DNA of 64,000 nucleotides from Thermodesulfobacteriota bacterium (lineage in GTDB: Bacteria > Desulfobacterota > Binatia > Bin18): contig OZ219926.1 in assembly GCA_964291405.2 (NCBI GenBank), positions 2,176,001 to 2,240,000 of the forward strand, read 5' to 3'. Numbering within the stretch: the stretch's first letter is position 1; each line of letters starts with the position of its first letter. Positions 29,701 through 36,908 of this stretch are shown here, piece after piece. The notes beneath the pieces were generated by a model. The model saw only the letters and a program-made list of their open reading frames with translations. It was not told the DNA's origin and made no database searches. Made by a program: the position numbers and the translations under genes.

Positions 29701-31165
29701 CCGCCTTTGGCACAGAGACGGCGACATGCCTTGGAGAACCCGTAGGCCACTTCCCATCACACAATCCGTTAGAGGCGCGTGCTGGCGTACCATAGCCCTC
29801 CACCACAATATGCGCGTTTGTACCGGACCAGCCGAAACCGCTTACGCCGGCCAACGGCGCTCGGTCGGATACGAGAGGCCACTCCGTTGCTGTCGAAGTA
29901 ACACGTAAAGGAAGCTGCCGCCAATCGACCGCTGGTGTCGGATTGTGAAAATTCAGGTGCTTCGGGATGATGCCCCGATTCATCGCCAGCAATACCTTCA
30001 TCACCCCGGCAACGCCCGCCGCAGATTCCAGATGTCCGAAGTTCGTCTTCACGGAACCTATGAGCAGCGGTCGCTCAGCCGGACGGCCTTTGCCGTATGC
30101 GGCCGCCACTGCCCGCAGCTCGATGGGGTCGCCCACCGGCGTTCCCGTGCCATGCGCTTCCACATAGTCCACCTGTGATGACAATACGCCTGCCCTGAGC
30201 AATGCCGCCTTGATGACCTGTTCCTGGGCCTCCCCATTCGGCACTGTCAGCCCCGTACTCGCACCGTCCTGGTTCAGTGCAGAGCCGCGAATGACGCCCC
30301 AGATTCGGTCGCCGTCCGCTTCCGCCTCGCTCAGCCGCTTGAGAACCAGGATCCCGCAGCCTTCGCCGCGCACATACCCATTGGCGGCAGCATCGAAAGT
30401 CTTACAGCGTCCGTCCGGCGCCAGCATTCCGGCATTCGCCCGCAGTTCCAGGAGCCGTCCCGACAGGATGGTGTGGACCCCGCCCGCCAGCGCAAGGTCG
30501 GCCTCGCCATACTGCAAGCCGGTCACCGCCTGATGGATTGCTACGAGCGATGAAGAGCAGGCCGTGTCCACGGCAATTGCCGGCCCCTGCAAGCCAAGCG
30601 CGAAGGAGACTCGTCCGATGGCCGTGTTGTAGGAAGTACCGCTGACCGTGTAGAGGCTGGAGGCCGGCTCGGCTGTGTCACTGGCTTCCAGTATGACTCC
30701 CCGGTATTCGTTATTGCTGATACCCGCATACACTCCGGTTCGGCTGCCCTTCAGTCCGTCAGGGTCTATTCCCGCGTCTTCGAGCGCCTGCCAGCTCGTT
30801 TCCAGCATCAGTCGCTGCTGCGGGTCAAGGTACTGCGCCTCAACCGGCGAAATACGGAAGAAGGAGGCGTCGAACTGGTCAACCCCATCAATGAAAGCAG
30901 CAAAGCGACAAGCCTCGCTCTGAACTGATGCATCCTGGAAAAGCTTGCCGGCACGTCCGACACCGGAACCCGGAACGCCCTCGCTGACCGCATTCTCGCC
31001 CGCTTCCAGCATACGCCAGAATGCCGAAATATCATTCGCGCCGGGGAATCGACATGCCATGCCTACGACTGCGATCGGCTCTCCGAATTGTGAACCCGAG
31101 CGATTCCGAACATCTGGCTCAGCTACCGTCGCGTGTGAAGAATCAGCAGACCGCCCTGTACTCAT
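20780..31165 (-). CDS. supA: Type I PKS/FAS, KS-AT-DH-cMT-ER-KR-ACP-KS-AT0 (SupA-like)
   Basis: KS DTACSSS/HGTGT, AT GHSLG/QAFH, DH HRVFGRVIMP, MT LEVGAGTG, ER LIHAGAGGVG, KR VTGGLGGIG, ACP LGMDSL, KS2 DMACASS and AT2 GSGTG. This matches the published sponge-symbiont sup architecture. Confidence 0.93.
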   Translation of the reverse strand: MSTGRSADSSHATVAEPDVRNRSGSQFGEPIAVVGMACRFPGANDISAFWRMLEAGENAVSEGVPGSGVGRAGKLFQDASVQSEACRFAAFIDGVDQFDASFFRISPVEAQYLDPQQRLMLETSWQALEDAGIDPDGLKGSRTGVYAGISNNEYRGVILEASDTAEPASSLYTVSGTSYNTAIGRVSFALGLQGPAIAVDTACSSSLVAIHQAVTGLQYGEADLALAGGVHTILSGRLLELRANAGMLAPDGRCKTFDAAANGYVRGEGCGILVLKRLSEAEADGDRIWGVIRGSALNQDGASTGLTVPNGEAQEQVIKAALLRAGVLSSQVDYVEAHGTGTPVGDPIELRAVAAAYGKGRPAERPLLIGSVKTNFGHLESAAGVAGVMKVLLAMNRGIIPKHLNFHNPTPAVDWRQLPLRVTSTATEWPLVSDRAPLAGVSGFGWSGTNAHIVVEGYGTPARASNGLCDGKWPTGSPRHVAVSVPKAASDSAAEAPAVRATRLLPLSGKTDNALRELAERYLAWLDERATDLEPTDLAASPFLSDLAWMAGVGRSQFAHRAGVAFRDAESLRAGLKAVADGDGGAEAAAATKVAFVYTGQGSQWMGMGKTLYECEPVVRAVLDRCEQVILEERGTSLLDVMFGSEGDLNDTAWAQPAVYALECALTALWRSIGVEPGVVIGHSLGEFAAAQAASVFELEEGLRFVAKRGVLLSSVPEFGTMAAVFASEDQVAAAVDEYNASSDGMDLSIAVDNGIHQVISGPSAAVQTVSERFEAEEITVRPLTRNQAFHSALVEPALDALEEAYQDVTVSPPSVALVSNVTGSVVAPDEILDGKYWRRHAREAVQFRKGVGTLAELGVDLVIEVGPHAVLGPLVSLVWSGVTDDAKDPTVLESMLRPSTDVLPSDHDDGFMDAVAGAYEAGLTLAFDGLFAGEERRRVELPGYPFQRARHWIDAPRRRRAAAGHPLLGIRHESPHGEVMFETEMFPSDPSWLNDHRVFGRVIMPGALYGVMAAAASLSEGAQSVDVEDLQLHSALVFAEEDGADDTEQAGRKIQAVLSTSENGNTRHIEIFSKGESEEGWSLHAEGKVSLGGRTRGTVNRIDVDGLKSGMEPQDVAAFYRARAESNIHLGPTFRTLQGLWAANGEAIGEVALPAAVDSSGLHLHPVLLDGCFQVLSAARHSARGEDEITYLPFGWEHLWLRQQLPERLICHARLRESARDTSEDDGRNETPEVLSGDLLFYTSDGVELGGLSGYIVKRATRAALLSAAEGLQDLLYEIVWRDRALADGMPSADFLTSPTSIAARSMPFTEYLADEGVEADERVDLLNDLERLSWFYALAALEQLGWARKVGEFVEPEAVQHGLNVLPEHQRVFRRMFELLVRARVMEEAGDGFVVKVGQDDPLPDDMPHNPDAFADEMNARYWHGATEVGLFRRCGAALADVLIGQADPLTLLFSSGEPTAGDLYLKSPVARAANRMLGNTIAALLDDLPEGRRLRVLEVGAGTGAATAAVLPELPVGRFDYTYTDISAGFFAEAEARFGGSDGSIEYRVLDIEKAPIEQGFDLHGYDLVIASNVLHATRYLNETLAHCRALLAPSGQLVALENLRGQGWQDLTFGQLDGWWRFADDYRPHHALASPAIWRQALGDAGFGEVEILGGGESDATSTPDRGVILAQGPAEVKEATGVWVLAGDQYGVADELAAELAAHNQTVVLVGDHAQSDGESSEKDRAVIKAAVEMQSRESWRSLLEGLPAEVPLSGVVHFAALDGHGEDATTEELGEDARQAGGSALALVQGVMDADATPAKGVWFITRGGQVLEREHLGQLIGAMLWGFGKVVAREAPHLQPRMIDLDPANAVPLSDLVNELMYPDSETHIAYRLGLRQAARLVRTGADTERLTLPEESRWFLEPDAGGTLEGLHVLDSPERSLEPREVRVAVGASGLNFWDVFRSLGLIDEGILGGEMCGHVLEVGSDVTSVSVGDRVVALAFGAFGSEAVMREEMVALAPPDVPTPQLATMPTVFVSAALSYDLAKLKAGERVLIHAGAGGVGLAAIQLAHAAGAEVFATASAPKQAYLHSLGVKHVFDSRQTKFGQEILEATGGEGVHVVLNSLTGEGFIEASLSCLAHGGRFIELARVNIYSEEEMTAARPDVDYHILELDTLKEHDPERPGAALKTVMKRVAAGELAPIIHTRWPMGEAGPAMKFMRAARHIGKIVLTNSALETGQLRGDRTYLVTGGLGGIGCALAGWLAERGAGAIVLNGRRDPDPEAVEAIGALRERGVTVQIEIADVTDTAAVDAMLERIDATLPPLAGIIHSVGVLSDAVLTNQSWDSFQQVLWPKMLGAWHLHRATTHRDLDMFVLFSSVAGVMGNAGQANHAAANAFLDQLAGHRRALGLPGQSVAWGAWSELGEAEEQRERIERQLEAAGTGWITPQQGLRALETLVRQDVPVGMVAAVDWPTFAENDDESSPFLEELLATSAGANDAAEDPSEDLLSQLRVSQRTDSEDILVSFLQKELQAVMRLPSTPLPSPSVGFFDLGMDSLMAVELRNRLNRAFAGEYVVSNTAIFDYPDITALARHLADELDQLGASGGATSAPEITVPEPRAPVATEDDDIAIVGMSCRFPQAKDLSEYWHLLESGTAAITNGRPDGGSWSSAAGDPDGEDAAHLHGAFVEGIEWFDSRFFRIAPIEARLMDPRQRMMLETSWQALEDAGIDPEGLRGSRTGVYAGVGGSEYRDLIEGSGKADSYLGTTASVTAGRVAFALGLEGPAMAIDMACASSLAAVHQAVAGLQRDEVDLALAGGVQAVLSPAVSRFMMEVGMLSPRGQCSPFDASADGYVRGEGCGIVVLKRLSEAEADGDRIWGIIKGSAVNQNGASAGLIIPNGPAKERVMEAALARTGFTGADVDYLEAHATGSQLGDAIEVYAVGSVYGRGREADRPLLMGTVKSHIGHLEAAAGVAGLIKTVLAMKQGVIPEHLHFENPNPQIEWDRLPVRVTSEKTDWPFYPDRPPRAAVSAFGISGTNAHIVMEGYRGAADDYGTSVGIQSFASVPRQVPASLPEPVAHLPMAMDGLTERAVRFLPLSGKTDGALRDLAKQYLSWLDERVAESSPEAPALADMAWTAGVGRSHFDHRAAVVFRDVQSLRKGLTKLTEADGAADKPEPRSATRVAFVYTDDGSQWVGMGEALYDREPVVRSVLDRCDAVVCAERGESLLDVMFGRTEATGDLHAAAWTQPALYALECALTALWASVGLRPDIALGSGTGEIAAARAAGVFTLEDGLRFTLTRGTLMAALPGVDPNQSLNGLEAAFTDVTLSPPSLTLVSGITGRVVDADSPLDGAYWRAQARETEAFSACVRTLAELGVDTVVEIGPNAVLGPRVSLEWPDSADGEEAARVPLVLTSLMQPSDADSEGGTGFVEAVAGAYEAGLTPAFDGMFAGESRRRISLPSYPFQRRRHWV

Positions 31166-31297
31166 AGATTTCTTCTCCTGTCGTAGCCTGTCGCCGAAGG
31201 GTGTATAGTTTTCAAGATTTGTATAAAGACTGGCTTTCGGTATAACAATCCTGAAAAGATGATTTCATAACCCAACCTTGAAGGGAAGGAAATTCTT

Positions 31298-31678
31298 ATG
31301 GGGGAAGGAATAGACGTTCAATGGGAACGGAAAAACGGGGTTTTGTTTGCCACGCTCGTCGGCCGTGTTGACGGCGGCAATGCTGAGGAATTTCAGCGGC
31401 TCTTGGAGTCTGGCATTGAGCCGGGCGACCAGTCCTTGATCTTGGACTTTGAGCACCTGTCCTTCATCAGTAGCGCGGGTCTGCGGGTCAGTCTGATTAT
31501 GGCTAGGGCATTCAACGAGCCAGGGAAGCAGTTTGGCATTTGTACGCTCTCTGGCCCTGTTCTTGAGGTTATCACGATCAGCGGCTTTGATAAGATGATT
31601 GCCGTGTATGAATCACGGGTCGCCGCGCTCGGCGCACTCACAGGGGAGTCCAGCAGTGACGGTGATGATCAAGGATGA
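31298..31678 (+). CDS. STAS-domain protein (anti-sigma factor antagonist)
   Basis: LVGRVD, LILDFEHLSFISSAGLRV and VITISGFD motifs. Confidence 0.92.
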   Translation: MGEGIDVQWERKNGVLFATLVGRVDGGNAEEFQRLLESGIEPGDQSLILDFEHLSFISSAGLRVSLIMARAFNEPGKQFGICTLSGPVLEVITISGFDKMIAVYESRVAALGALTGESSSDGDDQG

Positions 31679-31680
31679 GC

Positions 31681-31857
31681 AAGGATAAGGATCAGCCGGC
31701 AGGTACGGAACCTGGGGATGGCGAGGGGTGTCAGCCGCAAGGTCCAGCTTCTGTCGTTCCTGTGGAAGTCGCCCATCCTTGGCGTGAAGATGTCGCCCTG
31801 GCCGTCGCCCAGTATCTGGAGACAAATCTGAGCGGTTGGCAAAGCCCGTCTCTGTAG
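31681..31857. pseudogene. Chimeric scar: 86-bp fragment of a third exported-protein paralog fused to the last 90 bp of the amidase
   Basis: 31681-31766 matches 16552-16637 (PQERQKLDLAADTPRHPQVPYLPADPYP, minus strand); 31768-31857 matches 15296-15385 (VAHPWREDVALAVAQYLETNL.GWQSPSL*). Confidence 0.88.
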
Positions 31858-33252
31858 CAATGGGTTTGACTTTGAGGCCGACGGAGAGCCTCAACGCCCT
31901 TGCTCGCTCACCTCAAACACCAGTCGCCCGGCGGCCTCCTGTGCCTGGACACGAGCGAGAATCTCAGCAGGGAGTTGGAGCGAGCGCTCCTCGGGAAATT
32001 TCTCTTCCTCTAAGGCGGGCCGTAAGAAAAAGAGGTCGGGGGAGTGCACTTGGGCCTGGGTTTTGACAGAAGAATCAAGGGCCCACTGCCGGCGCATAAA
32101 ATCCGGGCTGAAGAACAGCGCGATCTCCTGAGGCTTCCAGGCGGTTACCCGGTGACTGTCGTTCACAAAATATGTCATCAGGTCATCGGCAATATCCCAG
32201 TACACGGTAAACAGTGATCCATATCCCTGTTCCCCCAAACCTGGATTAAAAACCTCGGCCAGCCTGACCTCGATGTGAATGAGCTTGCCGTCGGGACCGT
32301 ATTTCTCGATACGCAGGGGGAAAAAAGAATATTCCTCTAGCCAAAACAAGAGCCGCGGCACATAGTAATCGGGCAGCCATTCGGGGCGGGCTCGGGCCTC
32401 GACAACATAGCACCGTACCCCACCCTCGGCCGTATAGTGCCGATAGCTGTCTCCCATCAGCTTGAGCTCAGCCGTCTGCCGCTCTTGAAACTGACCGGTC
32501 TGCCCGTTCCGTAACATGATGGTGGGGCGCGTCTTGGGAAAGCGCACAGTTTGATACAGAGTATCCAGACCCAGTATCCGCCAGGAAAACTCCCAGGCGT
32601 CGCGGCCGTAATTGTCGTCGGGCGTGAGCGCCATATTGGGCACCTTCCCCTGCCGTCGGAGTGGCGCTTCGTGACGCACCCGGCGCTTGGTCGGTGAGTA
32701 TCGGAAGCGTTCTTCCTTTTTGATGAATGCCTTGCCCGTGCGATAGCGAACCGAGAGAAATTGCGATCCTTCTGCAGCCGGGGGAGTGGTGCGCTGACTG
32801 AGAGAGCGGTAGATTTCTTCGCCGGGCTTGAGGGCGAGTTCCGCCCCCGCACCGGCCGTGCCAGCGTTATAGGCCAGAAAATTGGTGGCACTGCCCGGAT
32901 TGAGGAGTATGCCCCGGGTGGAAATCGACGACCACGCCCTGGCAAACACGGCCGACCAACGCGGCCGTGCGGTGAACTCCATGAGCCGATAGCCCATCTC
33001 CTCAGCCGTATAGGGCGGTGTAAAAGGATAGGGCTCAGCCGGCAGATACGGAACCTGAGGATGGCGGGGAGTGTCAACCGCAAGGTCCAGCTTCCGTCGT
33101 TCCTGTGGAGAGAGGTCGGCGACCGTTTTCCAGGTACGGTTCCGGGAGTTGTTCGTCTCTTCAGCAGCAGGGAGACCAGCCCCAAGAGTCAGGATGAAGG
33201 CTGAAAGCAACCAGAAGAACAGGCACGAGACCATGAGGCGCAATTAAACATA
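31768..33252. repeat. ~1.5-kb direct repeat, copy B
   Basis: Diverged, colinear duplicate of 15296-16780. Confidence 0.92.
31891..33243 (-). CDS. Exported protein, DUF1329-like (paralog B)
   Basis: 450 aa, same length as and highly similar to 15419-16771. Confidence 0.7.
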   Translation of the reverse strand: MRLMVSCLFFWLLSAFILTLGAGLPAAEETNNSRNRTWKTVADLSPQERRKLDLAVDTPRHPQVPYLPAEPYPFTPPYTAEEMGYRLMEFTARPRWSAVFARAWSSISTRGILLNPGSATNFLAYNAGTAGAGAELALKPGEEIYRSLSQRTTPPAAEGSQFLSVRYRTGKAFIKKEERFRYSPTKRRVRHEAPLRRQGKVPNMALTPDDNYGRDAWEFSWRILGLDTLYQTVRFPKTRPTIMLRNGQTGQFQERQTAELKLMGDSYRHYTAEGGVRCYVVEARARPEWLPDYYVPRLLFWLEEYSFFPLRIEKYGPDGKLIHIEVRLAEVFNPGLGEQGYGSLFTVYWDIADDLMTYFVNDSHRVTAWKPQEIALFFSPDFMRRQWALDSSVKTQAQVHSPDLFFLRPALEEEKFPEERSLQLPAEILARVQAQEAAGRLVFEVSEQGR

Positions 33253-33389
33253 AGACGAAAGAGTTTCATAGCTTTTTATTGGAGCAAACGGGCACTCGGA
33301 AACGCGGCTCCCTCTTGAAAGTTGGGGGGGTCAGCGCTAGCGGGGAAGTATTCACTCGGCAAGTAGCTCAAACGACAGGGAGGCGGCGT

Positions 33390-34592
33390 ATGGAAAATCC
33401 CAGGCAGTATACAGGCTATCAATCCTACCAGTATTTAGACGCGCCGCGCGATTACAAGCGCTTTCGGTTGGCCAAAGAAGTCGGGCGGGTGTCGTCTTCT
33501 CGGATTGCGCTCACGCCGGCTGAGGAAGCGCGAGTGCAGAGCCTATTGGCCGAGAATATTGCCATCTCCATGCACGACCATCCTGTTGTGGTCCCGGAGG
33601 AGATCAACGAGATCTTCGAACAAAAGCGCCTGGGGCGGGACTTCACCGGCTTTCAGGGACTGGCGGCCTCTGGGTTGGACGGCATCTTTGACAATTTGAT
33701 GAACGGTCTGTGTACGATTACCTCGCAGGCTGGCTGGAAGTGGAATGATGTCACCCACGACTTGGGCATGCGTTTGTGCGACCTGGCCCATCAGGATTTT
33801 GTTCTTGTCTGCGACGGCACTCGAGATATTATCGCGGCGCACGAGACCCGGCGACTTGCCCTGGTGCCGACACTTGAGTCCGCAACGCCGATAGAGAACG
33901 AACTGGACCGGCTCGATGTACTGTATGGATTTGGCGTGCGCAGCATGGGCGTCGCCTACAGTGAAGCCAATGCTTTGGGTAGCGGTTTGCGAGAGGGACG
34001 AGATGCCGGACTGACCGATTTTGGGCGCCAGGCAGTCCGGCGTATGAATAAACTTGGCATCCTGATTGATGCGGCCCATTGCGGCGATCAGACGACGTTG
34101 GACATTATTGAGGAAAGCGAACTACCCATCGTGATCTCCCACGCTGGGGCACGGGCATTATGGGACACCCCGCGACTCAAACCGGACCACGTGCTGGAGG
34201 CCATGGCGGCCAAGGGAGGCATACTGGGAATTGAAGCGGCTCCGCATACGACCCTGACCGAGCAGCATCCGCACCACAGTATAGAATCATGCATGGAACA
34301 CTTTGAGTATGCAGTCCGGCTGATCGGCATGGAGCATGTTGGGTTTGGACCGGACACCATGTTCGGCGATCATGTCGGGCTGCACCGGGCCTACGCGGCC
34401 CAACTCTCCGTTGACAAGATACTGGGCAATAAAGCGTTTGATCCGGTCGAGTACGTTGATGGCCTGGAGAATCCTGCCGACTTTCCCAACATCGTACGGT
34501 GGCTGGTCAAACGGGGCTATGCGGATCCAGACATTGCCAAGGTCATAGGCGGCAATGCGCTCCGCGTTCTGAAACAGGTTTGGGTCCGCTAA
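33390..34592 (+). CDS. Membrane dipeptidase (peptidase M19)
   Basis: SMHDHP, GLTDFGRQAVRRMNKLGILIDAAH, ISHAGA, HVGFGPD and GGNALRV; GGAGG RBS before ATG 33390. Confidence 0.92.
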   Translation: MENPRQYTGYQSYQYLDAPRDYKRFRLAKEVGRVSSSRIALTPAEEARVQSLLAENIAISMHDHPVVVPEEINEIFEQKRLGRDFTGFQGLAASGLDGIFDNLMNGLCTITSQAGWKWNDVTHDLGMRLCDLAHQDFVLVCDGTRDIIAAHETRRLALVPTLESATPIENELDRLDVLYGFGVRSMGVAYSEANALGSGLREGRDAGLTDFGRQAVRRMNKLGILIDAAHCGDQTTLDIIEESELPIVISHAGARALWDTPRLKPDHVLEAMAAKGGILGIEAAPHTTLTEQHPHHSIESCMEHFEYAVRLIGMEHVGFGPDTMFGDHVGLHRAYAAQLSVDKILGNKAFDPVEYVDGLENPADFPNIVRWLVKRGYADPDIAKVIGGNALRVLKQVWVR

Positions 34593-34611
34593 ATTGAAAT
34601 GTTCACTCCTT

Positions 34612-35193
34612 TCATGAGGGAACTGGGATGGGATTCACGTTCTCTTTTTGGGAGAGGTAATCCCTGCTGAGTAACCCGTACAGTTCGCAATCTTCAAAAA
34701 CCCCCCACTTTTTAACGTGCTCTCTCAAACACCCTTCATAGTGCATGCCAAGCTTCTGCATGACCCGCCCAGAGGCTGGATTACGTTTGAAACAGGCGGC
34801 ATGCAGCCGGTTAAGTCCAAGGACGTCGAACCCATATCTGACCACAGCCTGCGCCGCCTCAGTGCAATAATCACGATTCCAGAAGGGTTTCCCGATCCAA
34901 TAGCCGAGTTCCGCACTGGCATCCTGCTGGGTGAGCTGTAGCCCAATAGAGCCAATGAGCGCCTGATCAGCTCGTAGGATGATGGCAAAGTTGACCCGTT
35001 CACCTTTTTCGTAGCACTCCTGATGGGAAGCAATCCACTGTTCGGCCATGCCCTCTTCGTAGGGATGAGGGATATTCAATGTGGTTGAAGCGATATCCCT
35101 CTCCCCGGCGAGCCGTCGGACATCTGAGGCGTCAGACACAGTGAAAGGCCGTAGAGTCAGACGAGTCGTTTCGAGGGTTGGACGTTCTTTCAT
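34612..35193 (-). CDS. GNAT N-acetyltransferase (RimJ/RimL family)
   Basis: LETTRLTLRPF, AELGYWIG and NPASGRVMQKLGM; start at ATG 35193. Confidence 0.92.
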   Translation of the reverse strand: MKERPTLETTRLTLRPFTVSDASDVRRLAGERDIASTTLNIPHPYEEGMAEQWIASHQECYEKGERVNFAIILRADQALIGSIGLQLTQQDASAELGYWIGKPFWNRDYCTEAAQAVVRYGFDVLGLNRLHAACFKRNPASGRVMQKLGMHYEGCLREHVKKWGVFEDCELYGLLSRDYLSQKENVNPIPVPS

Positions 35194-35233
35194 TATTCGC
35201 TCATCATGGGACGGCGCTGACAACCCGCCAGGT

Positions 35234-36037
35234 TCAGTGACCGTGCTGGGCGACAAATTCCTCCAGCACCTGGTTAAATTCGAGCGGCCGTTCGATCTCG
35301 TAGCAGTGGCCCACCTCTTTGAGCACGCGCAGTTCGGCCCCGGGAATCCGCTCGGCCAGAAATCGGTTGGCCTCGACTGGGGTGGCCTGGTCTTCCTCGC
35401 CGACCAGGACCAATGTGGGCTGGGTAATCTCCTGTAAGTGGTCTGAGATATCCCATTGCCACACACCGTTGGGATCTTCCAAACAGGCCAGGGCCACCCG
35501 GCGCGGAAAGCCGCCCTCGTTCAGAAAGTTGTGCTTAATCATCTGACACACCTCGGGCCGCTCGGTCCGCGTCTTGACCGAGAAGCAGCGGGTAACCAGG
35601 TTTTCCGCGGCAGCCTCGTAATCGTTCTGGAAGCTGGCAATCAGCTCGGCAGTATCCAAGGTCTGGTGCAGATTGGTCGCACTACTGATGATGACATTCC
35701 CGGCAACCAGGTGCGGATAATCAAGACTCATCTGCATGGCCCGCATCCCGCCCATCGAGTTGCCGACTAGAATGGCGCGATCGATGCCGAGGGCGGCCAG
35801 GACGGCAGCATCGTCGGCCGCCATGTCCTGAATGGAATAGCCCGTGAGCGGCTTGGAGGAGAGCCCGTGTCCGCGCGCCTCAATGACAACGCAGTGGTAT
35901 TTATGGGCCAGGATCGGAGCCTGATAGGCCCAGAGCCAGGCGTTGGCCGAAAAGCCGTGTAAAAAGACCAGGGGAAACCCCTTTCCATAGTGGTTGTAGT
36001 GAATCCGCACTCCCTTTTCCCTTTCAATGTACGGCAT
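35234..36037 (-). CDS. Alpha/beta hydrolase
   Basis: LVFLHG, RGHGLS, GNSMGG, GEED and GH catalytic motifs. Confidence 0.93.
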   Translation of the reverse strand: MPYIEREKGVRIHYNHYGKGFPLVFLHGFSANAWLWAYQAPILAHKYHCVVIEARGHGLSSKPLTGYSIQDMAADDAAVLAALGIDRAILVGNSMGGMRAMQMSLDYPHLVAGNVIISSATNLHQTLDTAELIASFQNDYEAAAENLVTRCFSVKTRTERPEVCQMIKHNFLNEGGFPRRVALACLEDPNGVWQWDISDHLQEITQPTLVLVGEEDQATPVEANRFLAERIPGAELRVLKEVGHCYEIERPLEFNQVLEEFVAQHGH

Positions 36038-36095
36038 AGATTTTCTCCTTTCTGTGTGAAAACGGACCGCTCAATGGACCCATTCAGCCAAAGGC

Positions 36096-36245
36096 TCATA
36101 ACTCTGTATCGTCCAGCGGTGGCAATGTTTCGTCCACATCTGGAAACGTGTCGTCAATCGGCTCTAGGGTGGCGAGCAAGGCAAGTAATCCGTCCTTGCT
36201 GGCGGACTCAACAGTTGATTGATCTCCGTCTTTTTTGCGGCTCAT
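36096..36245 (-). pseudogene. C-terminal remnant of a VapB/VagC (AbrB-type) antitoxin
   Basis: RKKDGD...LLALLATLEPIDDTFPDVD resembles the VagC C-half. The N-terminal AbrB domain and a partner toxin are absent. Confidence 0.55.
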
Positions 36246-36256
36246 AAGCTTTCCCC

Positions 36257-36592
36257 CTATTTCGGCCCCAGCCCTTGTGCGAGCAGAGTCGCGGCCAGTT
36301 GATTCAGGCTGACCCCCTCGCTCGCCGCTCGCTTGGCGAGCCGCATATGTAAGGTCTTGGGAATGCGCTGCACGAATTGTCCGCTGTAAGTTTTTGGCGC
36401 GGGCAGTTCTCCCTTGTCTTCCTGTTCGGCCATTGCCCACGCCGTGAAGGCATCGCGGGCTTCTGCTATGGCTGTGTCGATAGTCTCGCCATCCGCGATA
36501 CAGCCGGGCAAGTCGGGCAGGGTAACCAGATAGCCGCCGCCTTCCTCTTCGGGGATGGGAGCGATATTGATCGCATAGTCCTCAAATCTCAT
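36257..36592 (-). CDS. hicB: HicB antitoxin
   Basis: YLVTLPDLPGCIADGET plus RHH tail YSGQFVQRIPKTLH...EGVSLNQ. Confidence 0.93.
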   Translation of the reverse strand: MRFEDYAINIAPIPEEEGGGYLVTLPDLPGCIADGETIDTAIAEARDAFTAWAMAEQEDKGELPAPKTYSGQFVQRIPKTLHMRLAKRAASEGVSLNQLAATLLAQGLGPK

Positions 36593-36820
36593 TGTGCTGC
36601 CTCAATCAGTTCTACCAAATGCCTGATATAGACGGGTTTGATGGGTTTGTGCATGGGAATCGTCAAATGTTGTCCTACTGCGTTCGTGAGAACCGCGTGA
36701 CTCGTTCCTCGTTGACGCACGGCCAAGTGATATGTCCGTGCGACCGTTTTAACATTGTCAGGCGTCCAATCCGCTTTCGGATTAGCTCATGGAGTCGAAT
36801 AATCGCTCGGCTCTAGCCAC
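36589..36820 (-). pseudogene. hicA: HicA toxin, frameshifted near 36787
   Basis: MARAERLFDSM / ANPKADW...RGTSHAV...LTIPMHKPIKPVYIRHLVELIE*. Its stop overlaps the hicB start (ATGA); the length is 3n+1. Confidence 0.85.
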
Positions 36821-36908
36821 AGGCTAAATGATACCGTATGCAGTATCATCGTCAACTGGGACGAATTCGATCCGCACTACCGTCTACCGCACCGGGCCGT
36901 CACCTTCC

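Noticed and set aside
31675-31857. 60-aa ORF as a real gene
   Set aside because: It is an accidental fusion of an antisense paralog fragment and the amidase tail.
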